In this document: positions 1 through 10,495 of the stretch, piece by piece
Layout: every line of letters starts with the position of its first letter
How positions within the stretch are numbered: position 1 is the first letter of the stretch
Virus record (IMG/VR): IMGVR_UViG_3300032286_000719
Span: 48,820 to 112,819 of that record
DNA length: 64,000 nucleotides
Reading direction: 5' to 3' (one strand)
Source: a virus
Translations under genes and position numbers: made by a program
The notes under the pieces: generated by a model
What the model saw: only the letters and a program-made list of their open reading frames with translations
Databases searched by the model: none
Told to the model about the DNA's origin: nothing

Positions 1-2849
1 ACCAAGTGTTTCTTTCTCAATATGAAAGAGAAGGAATGACTGATGAAAACAAAAAGACATTAAAGGAACTAGAGCATATATCTTCTATGGCAGGCAGAAT
101 GTTGAATGAGATTTCTGAATTACAGAGTCAATACGCTGTACACTTAGGAATGAAAGAAGGCATCACTACAGAGAAAACAAAAGAAACTATACTTAATGCT
201 GAAAGAGAGATTGATGGTTTTGCTAAGACATTCTTAGAAGGATCTAAACTTTCTGCTAAAATCATCAAGCTTGCTTCTAATTTAATTATGAATGCAAAGA
301 GTCTTGTAAACATTGAGTTTGCTAGAAAAATGAAGGAGTATGAAAAAATACTTATTCCATTAGAGAAAGAAGCTGCAGCCAGAGGTGTGAAAGCATTTGA
401 CTTGATTGGGACAATGTCTCCAACAGGATTAAATCTTATCAAGAAGTTTGATCCAGCATTCTGGACTGAAATGAAAGATGCTAGAGAGAAACGTGATAAA
501 TCTTTCTTCTTAAAGAACATGAATATCACTGAGTATGATAAACTTTCTAAAGCTGCAATTGAAAAAGGATTGGCAGATCTTGATAAAACTGTATTCTCAA
601 ATGATGCAGAGGAAGATTCATTACAACGTTCTTGGAGAAAAGCTAAACTTAGAGACTCATTAGATATACACAGTGAGAAATTTGATGGATATGATAACTA
701 CAGATTCAAACAGTTGTTCAGAGAAACAATGATTGAAGAAGGACATCTATCTAAAGAGTATGAAGACTTACGTAAAAACAAAGCTGCACATGATGTATGG
801 CAATTTTTTACTGACTTAAATGTTAAAGCTGCTAAAATGGGATACCTTGATAAACAAGGAAGTTCTTTCTTTCCATTAATAGAAGCTACAATGCTTCAGA
901 AGTTTGCACAAACAGATGACCTGTCTGCTCAAGCAAAAGAATCTTTGTGGACAGACTTTTATCAAACTAGGATAAATGAAGAACAGAATCTTTCTAAGAT
1001 AGATCCTGAGACAGGTAAGGTGAGAAAATCAATTCCTAAATACTTTACTCGAACAGATAAATCTGTAAATCAATTGTCTACAGATCTTAATAAGATTGGG
1101 GCACTGTGGGTTAAGTCTTTATTTGAATATGAGAGTTCTAAAAACTTAGAGAACACTCTACTTACATTACATGCTGTTGAGAAAGCTAAAGGAAGTCTTA
1201 TAGTTGAGAATGGTGTGGTTCAGTTTACAGATGGAGAGTTAAGTGTAAATGAATCAGAGAACAAGAACGCAGATGTATTAAGAACAATCATTGATGATGG
1301 ACTGTATAAACTAGGACAAGATCTTGGGTCATTAGGAAATGTTGGTTTTGCTACACTTGGAGAAAAACTTGGTAAGACAGAAGAAGAAAAAGAAGCAAAG
1401 GCAGTGAATGCTAAAAAGCTGTTAAGTAATGCTGACTCATTAACTAGATCTCTTGCTGTTGGTCTTAAACCTCTTATTGCTATAGCTAACTTTGTAGGAT
1501 ATAATTTCCAGGCATTTGTTAATGAAGGAACTATGTATTCATTTAAAGAATTTCAAAAGAACAACTTCAAGGTTGTTACAGGAAATAACTTCAGTGTAAT
1601 ACAAAAAGGACTTCTAGATCTTATTGTACCATTGAATGAAGATGTAACTACAGAAGAAAGAAGAAAAATAGCTAAGAAACAAGGACTTGGTAAATACTTA
1701 TCTACATGGACATTTACTGATGTGATGATGTCAACTAACTCTTTTGCTGAGAGAAGATTACAAATGGGTAATGCATTGAGCATTATTGATAACTCAATGG
1801 TGGTAGATGGTAAGATTGTGAACATAGTTCAATATCTAAAACAGCAAGATAGAAATGCTAGAAAAGGATTGTCTGAGAGTGAAAGAAAGGCTTTGGAAAA
1901 ATCATTCAAAGAGAGAGTAAAAGAACTAAAAGAATCTTCTTCATTAGATAAGGTGGCTACCATTGAAAATGATGAGGTGATTATTCCAGGAGTGAGTGAT
2001 CTTGAACTTGCTAAATTCAGAACAATGATTGTTGAGTATGGTAGAAAGCTTAATGGACAGATGAATGAAGACAATAAAGCTGGCTATAGAAGAGATACTA
2101 TATTCAGTTCATTCATGATGTTCAAGAACTGGATGCCTAAATTGGTTGCTGAGCATACATTAGGAATTGACAAGAATGCAGAACTTGATAAATGGGAGTA
2201 TGGTAGAACTAGAGCATTTGTTAAAACCTGGCAACATGTAGGGTTTAGAAACATAGCAAAAATGAGAGCCATCATAACTGGTACTGATGAAGGATTGCAA
2301 ATTCTTAATGAAATGCTTGAAGCTAAGAAGTTGGACTATTTCAAAAAGACTGGTCAAGAATTAGAGATTACAGAAGAAGAGTTTCAAGATCTTATAAGAG
2401 AACAGATAGCTAATCAAATGAAAGAACTATATTTATTATTTAGTGTAATAGGTTTAGTTATTGCAGCTAAAGCAGCTGAACCACCAGAAGATGCTACAGA
2501 TGAAGAAAAGAATAAATACAAATGGACTCTAAAACTTGTAAACAAAGTGTCTGATGAGATTACATTCTATTACAATCCTCTATCATTTGAAAGTATGACA
2601 AAAGGATCTGTAATTCCATCTCTTGGACTTTTAACTAGAGCTACACAAGTGATGTGGTATACAAGTAGAGAAATGTATGGAGAAGCAACAGATGATGAAC
2701 AGATGATTGAGAAGTCACATCCTACTAAATATTTCTTTAATATGATTCCTGTAGCTGCACAATTTCAAAATGAACTACTTCCTTATTTATATCCAGAACT
2801 AGCTAAAGAACAAGGCATAAGAGTTACTGGTGAAGCTAGATCTAGATAA
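1..2849 (+). CDS. C-terminal part of a giant virion (cargo/ejection or vRNAP-associated) protein; 5' truncated by window edge
   Basis: Open frame from the window start, >947 aa, helical and charged. It lies just upstream of the lysis genes, consistent with a crAss-type giant virion protein. No catalytic motif recognised. Confidence 0.55.
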   Translation, partial: QVFLSQYEREGMTDENKKTLKELEHISSMAGRMLNEISELQSQYAVHLGMKEGITTEKTKETILNAEREIDGFAKTFLEGSKLSAKIIKLASNLIMNAKSLVNIEFARKMKEYEKILIPLEKEAAARGVKAFDLIGTMSPTGLNLIKKFDPAFWTEMKDAREKRDKSFFLKNMNITEYDKLSKAAIEKGLADLDKTVFSNDAEEDSLQRSWRKAKLRDSLDIHSEKFDGYDNYRFKQLFRETMIEEGHLSKEYEDLRKNKAAHDVWQFFTDLNVKAAKMGYLDKQGSSFFPLIEATMLQKFAQTDDLSAQAKESLWTDFYQTRINEEQNLSKIDPETGKVRKSIPKYFTRTDKSVNQLSTDLNKIGALWVKSLFEYESSKNLENTLLTLHAVEKAKGSLIVENGVVQFTDGELSVNESENKNADVLRTIIDDGLYKLGQDLGSLGNVGFATLGEKLGKTEEEKEAKAVNAKKLLSNADSLTRSLAVGLKPLIAIANFVGYNFQAFVNEGTMYSFKEFQKNNFKVVTGNNFSVIQKGLLDLIVPLNEDVTTEERRKIAKKQGLGKYLSTWTFTDVMMSTNSFAERRLQMGNALSIIDNSMVVDGKIVNIVQYLKQQDRNARKGLSESERKALEKSFKERVKELKESSSLDKVATIENDEVIIPGVSDLELAKFRTMIVEYGRKLNGQMNEDNKAGYRRDTIFSSFMMFKNWMPKLVAEHTLGIDKNAELDKWEYGRTRAFVKTWQHVGFRNIAKMRAIITGTDEGLQILNEMLEAKKLDYFKKTGQELEITEEEFQDLIREQIANQMKELYLLFSVIGLVIAAKAAEPPEDATDEEKNKYKWTLKLVNKVSDEITFYYNPLSFESMTKGSVIPSLGLLTRATQVMWYTSREMYGEATDDEQMIEKSHPTKYFFNMIPVAAQFQNELLPYLYPELAKEQGIRVTGEARSR

Positions 2850-2905
2850 CGCTATATTATATCATTTATTTGATACACCCTCTTTCAAAATACATAATTA
2901 ATAAT

Positions 2906-2913
2906 TAAATTTG
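2906..2913 (+). promoter_or_regulatory. Bacteroidota-type -7 promoter element TAAATTTG
   Basis: Matches the TAnnTTTG consensus in an intergenic region just upstream of ORF 2919. Confidence 0.5.
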
Positions 2914-2918
2914 CTCAC

Positions 2919-3308
2919 ATGAGAACAGCTGCAATTTGCCCAACCTGTGCTACGTATGAGAATGCTAAATGCATTATATACAATGGCCCAATCCTTACTA
3001 ATATAAATGTAAATCCTTTAGAGGATCTACCAACTATATTAGCAAAGATAAATACTAACTTAGTACCAAAAACTGGTACCACTGCTCCTAGCATCCCTGC
3101 TATATATCTAGGACAAACTTATTTAAATACAACCACAAAGCTGCTATACTTTGCTAAGTCTGTAGGTACAGGAGCAACAGACTGGAATCTTGTATTAACA
3201 GCACCTACTGTCACTCCTCAATTTGCTAACAACTCTGCTGCAGTATTTGCTGGTTTAGTTCCTGGACAAATATATCGTACAGGAGATCTTCTTAAAATAG
3301 TTCATTAA
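2919..3308 (+). CDS. hypothetical virion-associated protein
   Basis: N-terminal CxxC; C-terminal 'ANNSAAVFAGLVPGQIYRTG' segment of a type seen in phage fibre/decoration proteins. Confidence 0.45.
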   Translation: MRTAAICPTCATYENAKCIIYNGPILTNINVNPLEDLPTILAKINTNLVPKTGTTAPSIPAIYLGQTYLNTTTKLLYFAKSVGTGATDWNLVLTAPTVTPQFANNSAAVFAGLVPGQIYRTGDLLKIVH

Positions 3309-3326
3309 CAATCTATTGCTCCCTAA

Positions 3327-3764
3327 ATGAAAACATTTCTTTTACAACTATTAACAGCCCTACTTTTATTCTTTGCACCAATTCAACAGTTAGTTATTGT
3401 TGTAGGTCTAGCAATCTTGTGTGACACATTCACAGGTATTTATAAATCAGTTAAATTACATGGATGGAAATCTATTCGTAGTAGAAAGTTATCAAACATA
3501 ATAAGCAAAATGGTTCTTTATGAGGTGGCAATTATTGTCCTCTATCCAATTGATAAATTTTTATTGAACGAACTATTACTAAACATTGTTTCAGTTCAAT
3601 ACTTTTCTACAAAAGTTGCATGTGTTCTTCTTATTCTTGTAGAAATAACATCAATTAAAGAAAACATAGAAGCAGCTTTAAAGATTGACATTTGGAAAAC
3701 ATTAAAAAACTTTATCAAAAGAGCAAAAGAAGTATCAAATAACTACGATGAAATCAAAAATTAA
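3327..3764 (+). CDS. holin (phage holin 4-like)
   Basis: Three hydrophobic segments, 'DTFTGIYKS', 'EITSIKENI'; upstream of the endolysin. Confidence 0.8.
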   Translation: MKTFLLQLLTALLLFFAPIQQLVIVVGLAILCDTFTGIYKSVKLHGWKSIRSRKLSNIISKMVLYEVAIIVLYPIDKFLLNELLLNIVSVQYFSTKVACVLLILVEITSIKENIEAALKIDIWKTLKNFIKRAKEVSNNYDEIKN

Positions 3765-4368
3765 CTTTACTTACATAATTATAGCTGTACTTGTTGTAAT
3801 AATCTTTTTACAAAGGTCTTGTTCTTCTGTATCAACTACTGAGGAACCAACTGTTATTACAAAGTATGACACTATATGGAAAGAAACACACGACACTATT
3901 ACGAAGGAAGTGGAGGTTGTTAAAATACAATATGTTAAACCAGAGGGTCCTGAATACACTCCAGGAGAACATATAGACACATGTAGAGCAAGATTCAATT
4001 ACTTATTGAAACAACACACTGCAAGAAGAACATATAAAGACACAATTAAACTAGACAGTCTTGGAACTATAACAGTGATTGACACTGTTTGGTTAAACAA
4101 GCTTGGTAAAAGAACCTACATTAAAGACTATAAGATACCTCTTGTTACCAAGACAGTTACAATTATTAAAGCACAACAACCAAAAAGACAGCTTTACATA
4201 GGAGGTAACTTGTTTGGTGACAGGAGAACCCTACAATCATTTACTCCTGGTCTTATATATAAAGATAGAAAGGACAGAGTGTATCAAGCTAATGTTGGTG
4301 TAAACTTTGATGGTACATTAATCTTTGGTGTTGGTACATATTGGAAAATCAACTTGAACAAAAAATAA
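3748..4368 (+). CDS. membrane-anchored lysis accessory protein, spanin candidate
   Basis: N-terminal TM helix ending in QRSC, C-terminal amphipathic beta strands; lies between holin and endolysin. Confidence 0.5.
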   Translation: MKSKINFTYIIIAVLVVIIFLQRSCSSVSTTEEPTVITKYDTIWKETHDTITKEVEVVKIQYVKPEGPEYTPGEHIDTCRARFNYLLKQHTARRTYKDTIKLDSLGTITVIDTVWLNKLGKRTYIKDYKIPLVTKTVTIIKAQQPKRQLYIGGNLFGDRRTLQSFTPGLIYKDRKDRVYQANVGVNFDGTLIFGVGTYWKINLNKK

Positions 4369-4374
4369 TAACCA

Positions 4375-4791
4375 ATGGTAACAAGTGCACAAGCTTTAAA
4401 AAAATATGGAGATCCAAACTTACAAAAAAGTTTAGTTCTTTTTGATGTACCAACTGAACTTGAAATAGGTTTAATACCTAAAAGAATATATTGCAACAAA
4501 GATCTTGTTGCACCTCTTACACAAGCATTTAAAAACTTAATTGCAACTGGTCATGTAAAAGAAATTAAAACATGGGATGGTTGTTTTAACATTAGAAAGA
4601 AAAGAGGATTAACTAGTATGTCATTACATTCTTGGGGAATTGCTGTTGATATAAATGCATTTGAAAATGGTCTTGGTAAAACTCCTAAGTTGTCATCAGG
4701 ATTTGTAAAATGTTTTACAGATGCAGGTTTTGATTGGGGAGGAACATGGACACGTAAAGATGGAATGCACTTCCAATTAAGTAAAATATAA
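4375..4791 (+). CDS. endolysin, M15 family L-Ala-D-Glu peptidase
   Basis: 'GCFNIRKKRG', 'SLHSWGIAVDIN', 'WGGTW', 'DGMHFQ' Zn-peptidase motifs. Confidence 0.9.
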   Translation: MVTSAQALKKYGDPNLQKSLVLFDVPTELEIGLIPKRIYCNKDLVAPLTQAFKNLIATGHVKEIKTWDGCFNIRKKRGLTSMSLHSWGIAVDINAFENGLGKTPKLSSGFVKCFTDAGFDWGGTWTRKDGMHFQLSKI

Positions 4792-4928
4792 TGGCAAAGA
4801 TAACCAACACAGTAGTGAAGTTAGAAAGACCAAAGGTTAATAGACCTAATGTACATGCTAAATCACAAACATCAAACTTAAAAAGCTCTAAGAATTACAA
4901 GAAACTTTATAAAGGACAAGGTAGATGA
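4791..4928 (+). CDS. 45-aa basic peptide (MAKITNTVVKLERPKVNRPNVHAKSQTSNLKSSKNYKKLYKGQGR)
   Basis: Translated by hand (below ORF-track cutoff). ATG overlaps the endolysin stop; the 'KKxYxGQG' C-terminus resembles small basic phage proteins. Confidence 0.7.
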   Translation: MAKITNTVVKLERPKVNRPNVHAKSQTSNLKSSKNYKKLYKGQGR

Positions 4929-5077
4929 TGGAATGGGAATTAGAAATAGGGTTTCATTGGCCACATGATAGACTAGCTTTAGGTTGGGAGATTATATATG
5001 CTGATGACAAATATAATTTTGATACATATATTCTATATGTTGGAATTATGACAATAACACTAGACGTATGGAAGTAA
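4925..5077 (+). CDS. 50-aa hypothetical protein (MMEWELEIGFHWPHDRLALGWE...)
   Basis: Translated by hand; overlaps both neighbours, which suggests translational coupling. Confidence 0.6.
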   Translation: MMEWELEIGFHWPHDRLALGWEIIYADDKYNFDTYILYVGIMTITLDVWK

Positions 5078-5370
5078 TATATCAAGGAGATGTAGCAACA
5101 GATGGTAGTACAAAAATACTTTGTACAACGTCATCATTGAATGTAACTAACATTGTTATAAACAATCTTAGTTCAAACTATGTTTTCAACTTAAATAGAA
5201 TTAAGAATGACTCTCCTTTAGTTACAGTTCCTATATATGAATTAAGTTTAGATGCAGGAGATTCAATAAGAGATACAAATCCTTACATCTTATATAACTC
5301 TGATTATATACAATTCATTTCAGATGTAGTAGGAACAACATATTATGTTAAAGCAACACTAGAAATATAA
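5068..5370 (+). CDS. small beta-rich virion protein
   Basis: Beta-strand pattern; coupled to the downstream fibre gene. Confidence 0.45.
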   Translation: MEVIYQGDVATDGSTKILCTTSSLNVTNIVINNLSSNYVFNLNRIKNDSPLVTVPIYELSLDAGDSIRDTNPYILYNSDYIQFISDVVGTTYYVKATLEI

Positions 5371-6785
5371 TGTATGAGTTTATAGATAAGAATGGAAAAA
5401 TCTCAGCTAACTCTGCTAATGTTATTGTAATAGATAAGAATGGATTAGTAAAGCAAGTTGGCACAGGGGGAGGAGGAGGCTCTCCAACAGGCCCTGCAGG
5501 AGGTGACTTATCTGGAACCTATCCCAATCCATCAGTTGTATGGAATAATGGAACAAGTACATATAATTTATTATACTATCCTCTTTCATCTAATCCAGCT
5601 AATTATCTTACATCAACTTCAGCAGGCTTACTTTATTATCCTTTATCAAGTAATCCTGCAGGATATGTAACTCCTACTTTTCCAGGAGCAGGAACAAATA
5701 GATATATTACTAGATGGAGTGGTACAGGAACTATTGAAAATAGTAATCTGTATGATTCAGGAGGAGGTATATATAATGTTAATCCTGTATCAGGTAATTA
5801 TTCTTTTCAAATAAATGGATTTTCTGGTTTAGGAACATCTTATGGATTACAAATAATTGCAGGTTCAAATAATAGCGATACTTCTTTTAATGTAAGAAAT
5901 TATAATGGAACTGTTCAATTATTTAAAATAAAAGGAGATGGAGAATTACAAATAGGTGTAACTCCAACAACAGGAACAACATCTGATTATATTTTATTAA
6001 GAGATAGTTCAGGTAATGTAAAACAAATAGCCTATCCTACTATTCCTAGTGGAGGTGTTATATCAGTTACAGGAACTTCTCCAATAGTTTCAAGTGGAGG
6101 AGCTACTCCTGCAATTAGTATTCCTTTAGGAACATCATCAGTTGATGGCTATTTATCTGCTACTGATAGAACAAATTTTCAAACTGCTTATTCTAATAGA
6201 ATAACATCTTTAACTACAACAGGTTCTGGTGCTGCAACATTAATATCTAATGTGTTAAATATACCTACTCCAGTTATACCAACAGTTGGTACTTGGGGAA
6301 CATTAAACTATCCAACATGGACTACAGGCACACCATTTGTTAAAATGACTGCTGTAGGCACATTTACTTTAGATACAACTACATATTTATCATCTATTAC
6401 ATCTTCAGATGTAACAACAGCATTAGGATATACACCAGTTACAAACGCAAGAACAATATCCACAACATCTCCTTTGAGTGGTGGTGGTGATTTAACTGCA
6501 GATAGAACATTTAGTATTACACAAGCTACAACATCAACTGATGGATATTTAAGTGCTACAGATTGGACTACATTTAATAGTAAACAAAATGGTTCATCAA
6601 GAAGAAATGCAAACAATTCTACAAATAATAATATAAATTATTGTGGATATGCACCAGTTGGTTCTGCAGAATCTGCAACAGTGTGGACAATAACAAGAAT
6701 AACAGTAGCTGCAAGTGGCTCAATAACAACAGGTTTAGCTACAAACGTAGCTTGGACAAGTAGAGAATCTATACCATATACATAA
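5370..6785 (+). CDS. tail fibre / fibre-like structural protein
   Basis: G/S/T-rich; 'GPAGGDLSGTYPNP', repeated 'LYYPLSSNPA' and 'DGYLSATD' fibre repeats. Confidence 0.7.
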   Translation: MYEFIDKNGKISANSANVIVIDKNGLVKQVGTGGGGGSPTGPAGGDLSGTYPNPSVVWNNGTSTYNLLYYPLSSNPANYLTSTSAGLLYYPLSSNPAGYVTPTFPGAGTNRYITRWSGTGTIENSNLYDSGGGIYNVNPVSGNYSFQINGFSGLGTSYGLQIIAGSNNSDTSFNVRNYNGTVQLFKIKGDGELQIGVTPTTGTTSDYILLRDSSGNVKQIAYPTIPSGGVISVTGTSPIVSSGGATPAISIPLGTSSVDGYLSATDRTNFQTAYSNRITSLTTTGSGAATLISNVLNIPTPVIPTVGTWGTLNYPTWTTGTPFVKMTAVGTFTLDTTTYLSSITSSDVTTALGYTPVTNARTISTTSPLSGGGDLTADRTFSITQATTSTDGYLSATDWTTFNSKQNGSSRRNANNSTNNNINYCGYAPVGSAESATVWTITRITVAASGSITTGLATNVAWTSRESIPYT

Positions 6786-6796
6786 AAAATAAAATT

Positions 6797-7087
6797 ATGC
6801 CAATTACAAGTAATAATCCAATAGAAGTAGATGGAAATGTTTATCCATACTACATGATTAATTTAGCAATATCGCCATTAGTTAAACCAACTGATATAGG
6901 TGGTAGTGTAGCTATGCGTTTAACACCTTACAGAGTTTTAGAAGATGGAAGTTCAGTAAGTTTGCCTGACAATTCAATTCCTATTACATATATGGATGTT
7001 TTTGATAGTGGAGACACAGATGCTATAAATGCAGCAGCTACAATTATGGGTGCATTGCAAACATTTATTAATGATAAAAATCTTTAA
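6797..7087 (+). CDS. fibre-associated small protein
   Basis: Located between two fibre-like genes. Confidence 0.4.
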   Translation: MPITSNNPIEVDGNVYPYYMINLAISPLVKPTDIGGSVAMRLTPYRVLEDGSSVSLPDNSIPITYMDVFDSGDTDAINAAATIMGALQTFINDKNL

Positions 7088-7089
7088 TT

Positions 7090-8364
7090 ATGGCAGTAAG
7101 ATATGCAGTAGCAAGTGGTAACTGGAGTAATACTGCTACTTGGAATGGTGGTACATTACCAACAAGTGCAGATGATGTATATGCTAATGGTTTTACTGTT
7201 ACTATAAATGGTACTTTTACTGTATTATCTATAAGAAGTACATCAAATGCGTCACCTGTTGTTTTGGTAGGAGGTCAATTTATTTATGCTAATGGGGGAG
7301 ATTTAACTTGCACTGCTGCTCAAGCTATTGTTATTGGTTCACTCACTTCAGTATTAGAGATGAATTTAGCAAGTCCTAATACTGCCACTTTTAGAGGTAG
7401 TATTTTAACGTCTAATGTTGTTACAGGTTCTACTACTATTTTATTATCATCAACTGGAACTTTTAATTTAATAGGAAATTATAGTGCAGATGGTTCCACA
7501 AGCAATTCAACTGGAGGTAAAACTATTATAGGTTCAACAGGAAATGGAACATTAAATATAGTTGGTGATTTAAATAATGCAAGTAATATTGGAGGAAGTC
7601 AAAGTAGTAACACATTAGTATTAACAGGAGGAATATTAAATTTAACAGGCAATGTAAGTAATGCTTCTATTTCATCAGGTTCAGGAAATGCATTTACAAT
7701 AAATTCAGCATCTGCTACTGCAAATATAACTGGAAATATTACAAATTCATCTCCTAAAATATCTATATCAATTAATGGAGGTAACCTTAATGTTGTTGGA
7801 AATACAACAGGAGGTAGTACTCAACCAGCAATTTTTAATCAAACAACTGCTGCAACAATTTCTGTTACTGGTATAATTACTGCAAGTACTGGAGCACCAG
7901 CTATTTATTCATCTTTTGCTCTTACATCAGCATATAGTTCAGGAACATTTGTAAAAGTCTCTGGAAACGTAGTTAATTCAACTAATAATATGGCTATTGT
8001 AGCACCAAGAGTAACAATAGACACTGCTACATCAAGTTGGTTATTTCAAATAAGCACAGGTGGTAATAGAACATTATACGCAGCAGGTGTTGCTTTAGGA
8101 AATCCTGCAACTAATAATGTAAGAAGTGGAACAGTTTATGGAGCATCAAGTGAATTAACAGGAACATTGATTGTACCATCTCCATCTAATGTATTACAGG
8201 GAGTTGGAACAGATGCTACAGTGGGAACATTATTAATGACACCAGCTGACTTTTGGAATTATTTAATATCAAGTGGTTTCACAGCAAATAGTATTGGAGA
8301 TAGATTACAAAATGCAGCAACTGTAGCTACAACTGGTGGACAAATAGCATCATATAATATATAA
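7090..8364 (+). CDS. beta-helix fibre/spike protein
   Basis: 'SGNWSNTATWNGG..PTSADDVYANGFTVTI' N-terminus and repeated 'LNxxGN' beta-helix rungs. Confidence 0.65.
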   Translation: MAVRYAVASGNWSNTATWNGGTLPTSADDVYANGFTVTINGTFTVLSIRSTSNASPVVLVGGQFIYANGGDLTCTAAQAIVIGSLTSVLEMNLASPNTATFRGSILTSNVVTGSTTILLSSTGTFNLIGNYSADGSTSNSTGGKTIIGSTGNGTLNIVGDLNNASNIGGSQSSNTLVLTGGILNLTGNVSNASISSGSGNAFTINSASATANITGNITNSSPKISISINGGNLNVVGNTTGGSTQPAIFNQTTAATISVTGIITASTGAPAIYSSFALTSAYSSGTFVKVSGNVVNSTNNMAIVAPRVTIDTATSSWLFQISTGGNRTLYAAGVALGNPATNNVRSGTVYGASSELTGTLIVPSPSNVLQGVGTDATVGTLLMTPADFWNYLISSGFTANSIGDRLQNAATVATTGGQIASYNI

Positions 8365-8451
8365 ATAAAAATAAATAAAATATATTTGTATTTGATATAG
8401 AAATTATCACTACATTTATAGCGTCATTTAATAATCTTTAAAATAAAAATC

Positions 8452-9477
8452 ATGGCAATACCATCAAGAGGAATAGGCTGGAGTACAGAAGATAACCTGT
8501 TATGGCAAATCTCTAAGCAATTAGAAAGACTAACGCAAGTTACAGGTAATAGTGTAAGTGGATCTCAAACACTTGCACAAACACTTGTTATTGGAAACAA
8601 TACAGGTGGAACTGATATACTATTAAATAATGATGATGCAATACAGTTAGAGAATAATTCTTCAATTAAAAAAGGAACTTATGACTTTGGTCAAAATGGT
8701 GGTGTTTCTCGTATATGTGGAGTCGATTATGAGGATATGTGGCAAGGTGGAATTAGACACGTTTTTGATAACAATGGATATATTAGAAATTCAACAAATG
8801 GTTTTAATACAGTTCCTAATACCAGTTTTGATGATACTTTAAGATTTAAAGTAGGTTCATTTTGGACTTTAGATGATGGTACTACTTACAAATGTATTGA
8901 CAATAGTACAGGAGCAGCTGTTTGGGAATTATATTCTTCACCACCTAAATATAAAGTGTATACAGCTTTATTAACACAGAGTGGTTCTAGTAATCCTCAA
9001 GATATTAACTCAGGAAATTTAACTGTAGGTGTAACATATTTCATCAATAATAATGTGTTAGGAGATTTTACAAATGTAGGAGCACCTAATAATGATAATG
9101 GTACATATTTTGTGGCAACAGGTACAACTCCAGCTGACTGGGGTATAAATATTAGTGGTGATACACTTACTTTTGATACAGCAACTCCAATAGTAAGAAT
9201 ATTAGAAAACACTATTGGTGATGTTTGGTTTGTATATTTAGACCTTGGGAATTACGCTTGTTATTGCTCAACGCCTTTATTTACTGTTAATAAAACAACA
9301 TTAAATAGTGAGATATTTTATAGTAACACTAACGACCAAATGTGCTCTTTAATTAGTAGCACAGGTGATTTTGACAGCCAATCTGTAGTTTTTTCATCTG
9401 TAAGAAGTTCAGGGTCAATACAATTTGAAAATAACGCATTGCAAGATACATTTTTTGAAATAAGAGTGTACAACTAA
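8452..9477 (+). CDS. virion decoration/fibre protein, shared-leader paralog 1
   Basis: N-terminal MAIPSRGIGWSTEDNLLWQISKQLERL; C-terminal 'YKVYTALLTQSG...LENTIG...EIRVYN' domain. Confidence 0.6.
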   Translation: MAIPSRGIGWSTEDNLLWQISKQLERLTQVTGNSVSGSQTLAQTLVIGNNTGGTDILLNNDDAIQLENNSSIKKGTYDFGQNGGVSRICGVDYEDMWQGGIRHVFDNNGYIRNSTNGFNTVPNTSFDDTLRFKVGSFWTLDDGTTYKCIDNSTGAAVWELYSSPPKYKVYTALLTQSGSSNPQDINSGNLTVGVTYFINNNVLGDFTNVGAPNNDNGTYFVATGTTPADWGINISGDTLTFDTATPIVRILENTIGDVWFVYLDLGNYACYCSTPLFTVNKTTLNSEIFYSNTNDQMCSLISSTGDFDSQSVVFSSVRSSGSIQFENNALQDTFFEIRVYN

Positions 9478-9495
9478 TAATATATAAAGAAAGAA

Positions 9496-10482
9496 ATGGC
9501 TATACCTAGTAGACAAATTGGTTGGAGCACACAATCTAACTTACTATGGCAGATATCTAAACAATTAGAACGTCTGACATGTGTAACTGCTGGTGGATGT
9601 GGCACAACTACTACTACAACTACTACTACTACAGGATGTTTAAATTGTGTAGAAGAACCTGTTGTTATTGGCACACAAACTTGGGACAAATGTAATTTAA
9701 ATGTAACTACTTATGCTAATGGAGATCCTATCCCAGAGGTAACAGATCCTGCTGTATGGACTAGTTTAACTACTGGAGCTTGGTGCTATTATGACAATGA
9801 CCCTCTAAATGAACCTATATATGGAAAACTCTACAACTGGTATGCATTAACAGATCCAAGAGGATTAGCTCCTGTAGGTAAAAGTATTCCAACAGATGAA
9901 GACTGGACCACTTTAACCACTTTCTTAGGAGGAGAATCAATTGCTGGAGGATCAATGAAAGAGACAGGACTATGTCATTGGGCAGATCCAAACACAGATG
10001 CTACAAACAGTAGTGGTTTTACAGCTCTTGGAGGAGGTTATAGAGACATTGATAGCACATTCTTAGAGTTTAATACCTATGGTGTATGGTGGGCTTCGAC
10101 AGAGATAAATTCAGGTGCTTATCTTCGAATTTTATTTTACAGCGATGGTAGTGTAAACAGATCAGGTAGTGATAAAAGGCATGGTTTCTCAGTTAGATGC
10201 TTAGTAGATAATACAACTACTACTACTACAACATTAAATCCTTTAATTAATACAAATTATACATTTATTAATTGTATAGCACCTTGTGGTGGTGGATGTA
10301 GAAGACCTCTTTCTTATTATGATGTTTGGATGATACAATCATGTATAGACTCTTGGCCATTGATAGGATGTGCAGTTTGGTTAGATGAAGCAGGAACAAC
10401 ACCATTTCCTTCAGGTAATTATAATAATAATGACATTAATTGTATTGAAATAACAGATGGTGTGGTAACCAATATTGTTTAA
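9496..10482 (+). CDS. shared-leader paralog 2 with Thr tracts, Fib_succ_major (FISUMP, lectin-like) domain and Cys-rich C-domain
   Basis: 'IGTQTW..NL', 'YGKLYNWYA', 'IPTDEDW', 'NSSGFTALGGGYR', 'GFSVRCL' are typical FISUMP motifs. Confidence 0.75.
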   Translation: MAIPSRQIGWSTQSNLLWQISKQLERLTCVTAGGCGTTTTTTTTTTGCLNCVEEPVVIGTQTWDKCNLNVTTYANGDPIPEVTDPAVWTSLTTGAWCYYDNDPLNEPIYGKLYNWYALTDPRGLAPVGKSIPTDEDWTTLTTFLGGESIAGGSMKETGLCHWADPNTDATNSSGFTALGGGYRDIDSTFLEFNTYGVWWASTEINSGAYLRILFYSDGSVNRSGSDKRHGFSVRCLVDNTTTTTTTLNPLINTNYTFINCIAPCGGGCRRPLSYYDVWMIQSCIDSWPLIGCAVWLDEAGTTPFPSGNYNNNDINCIEITDGVVTNIV

Positions 10483-10495
10483 AATAAAAATAAAA

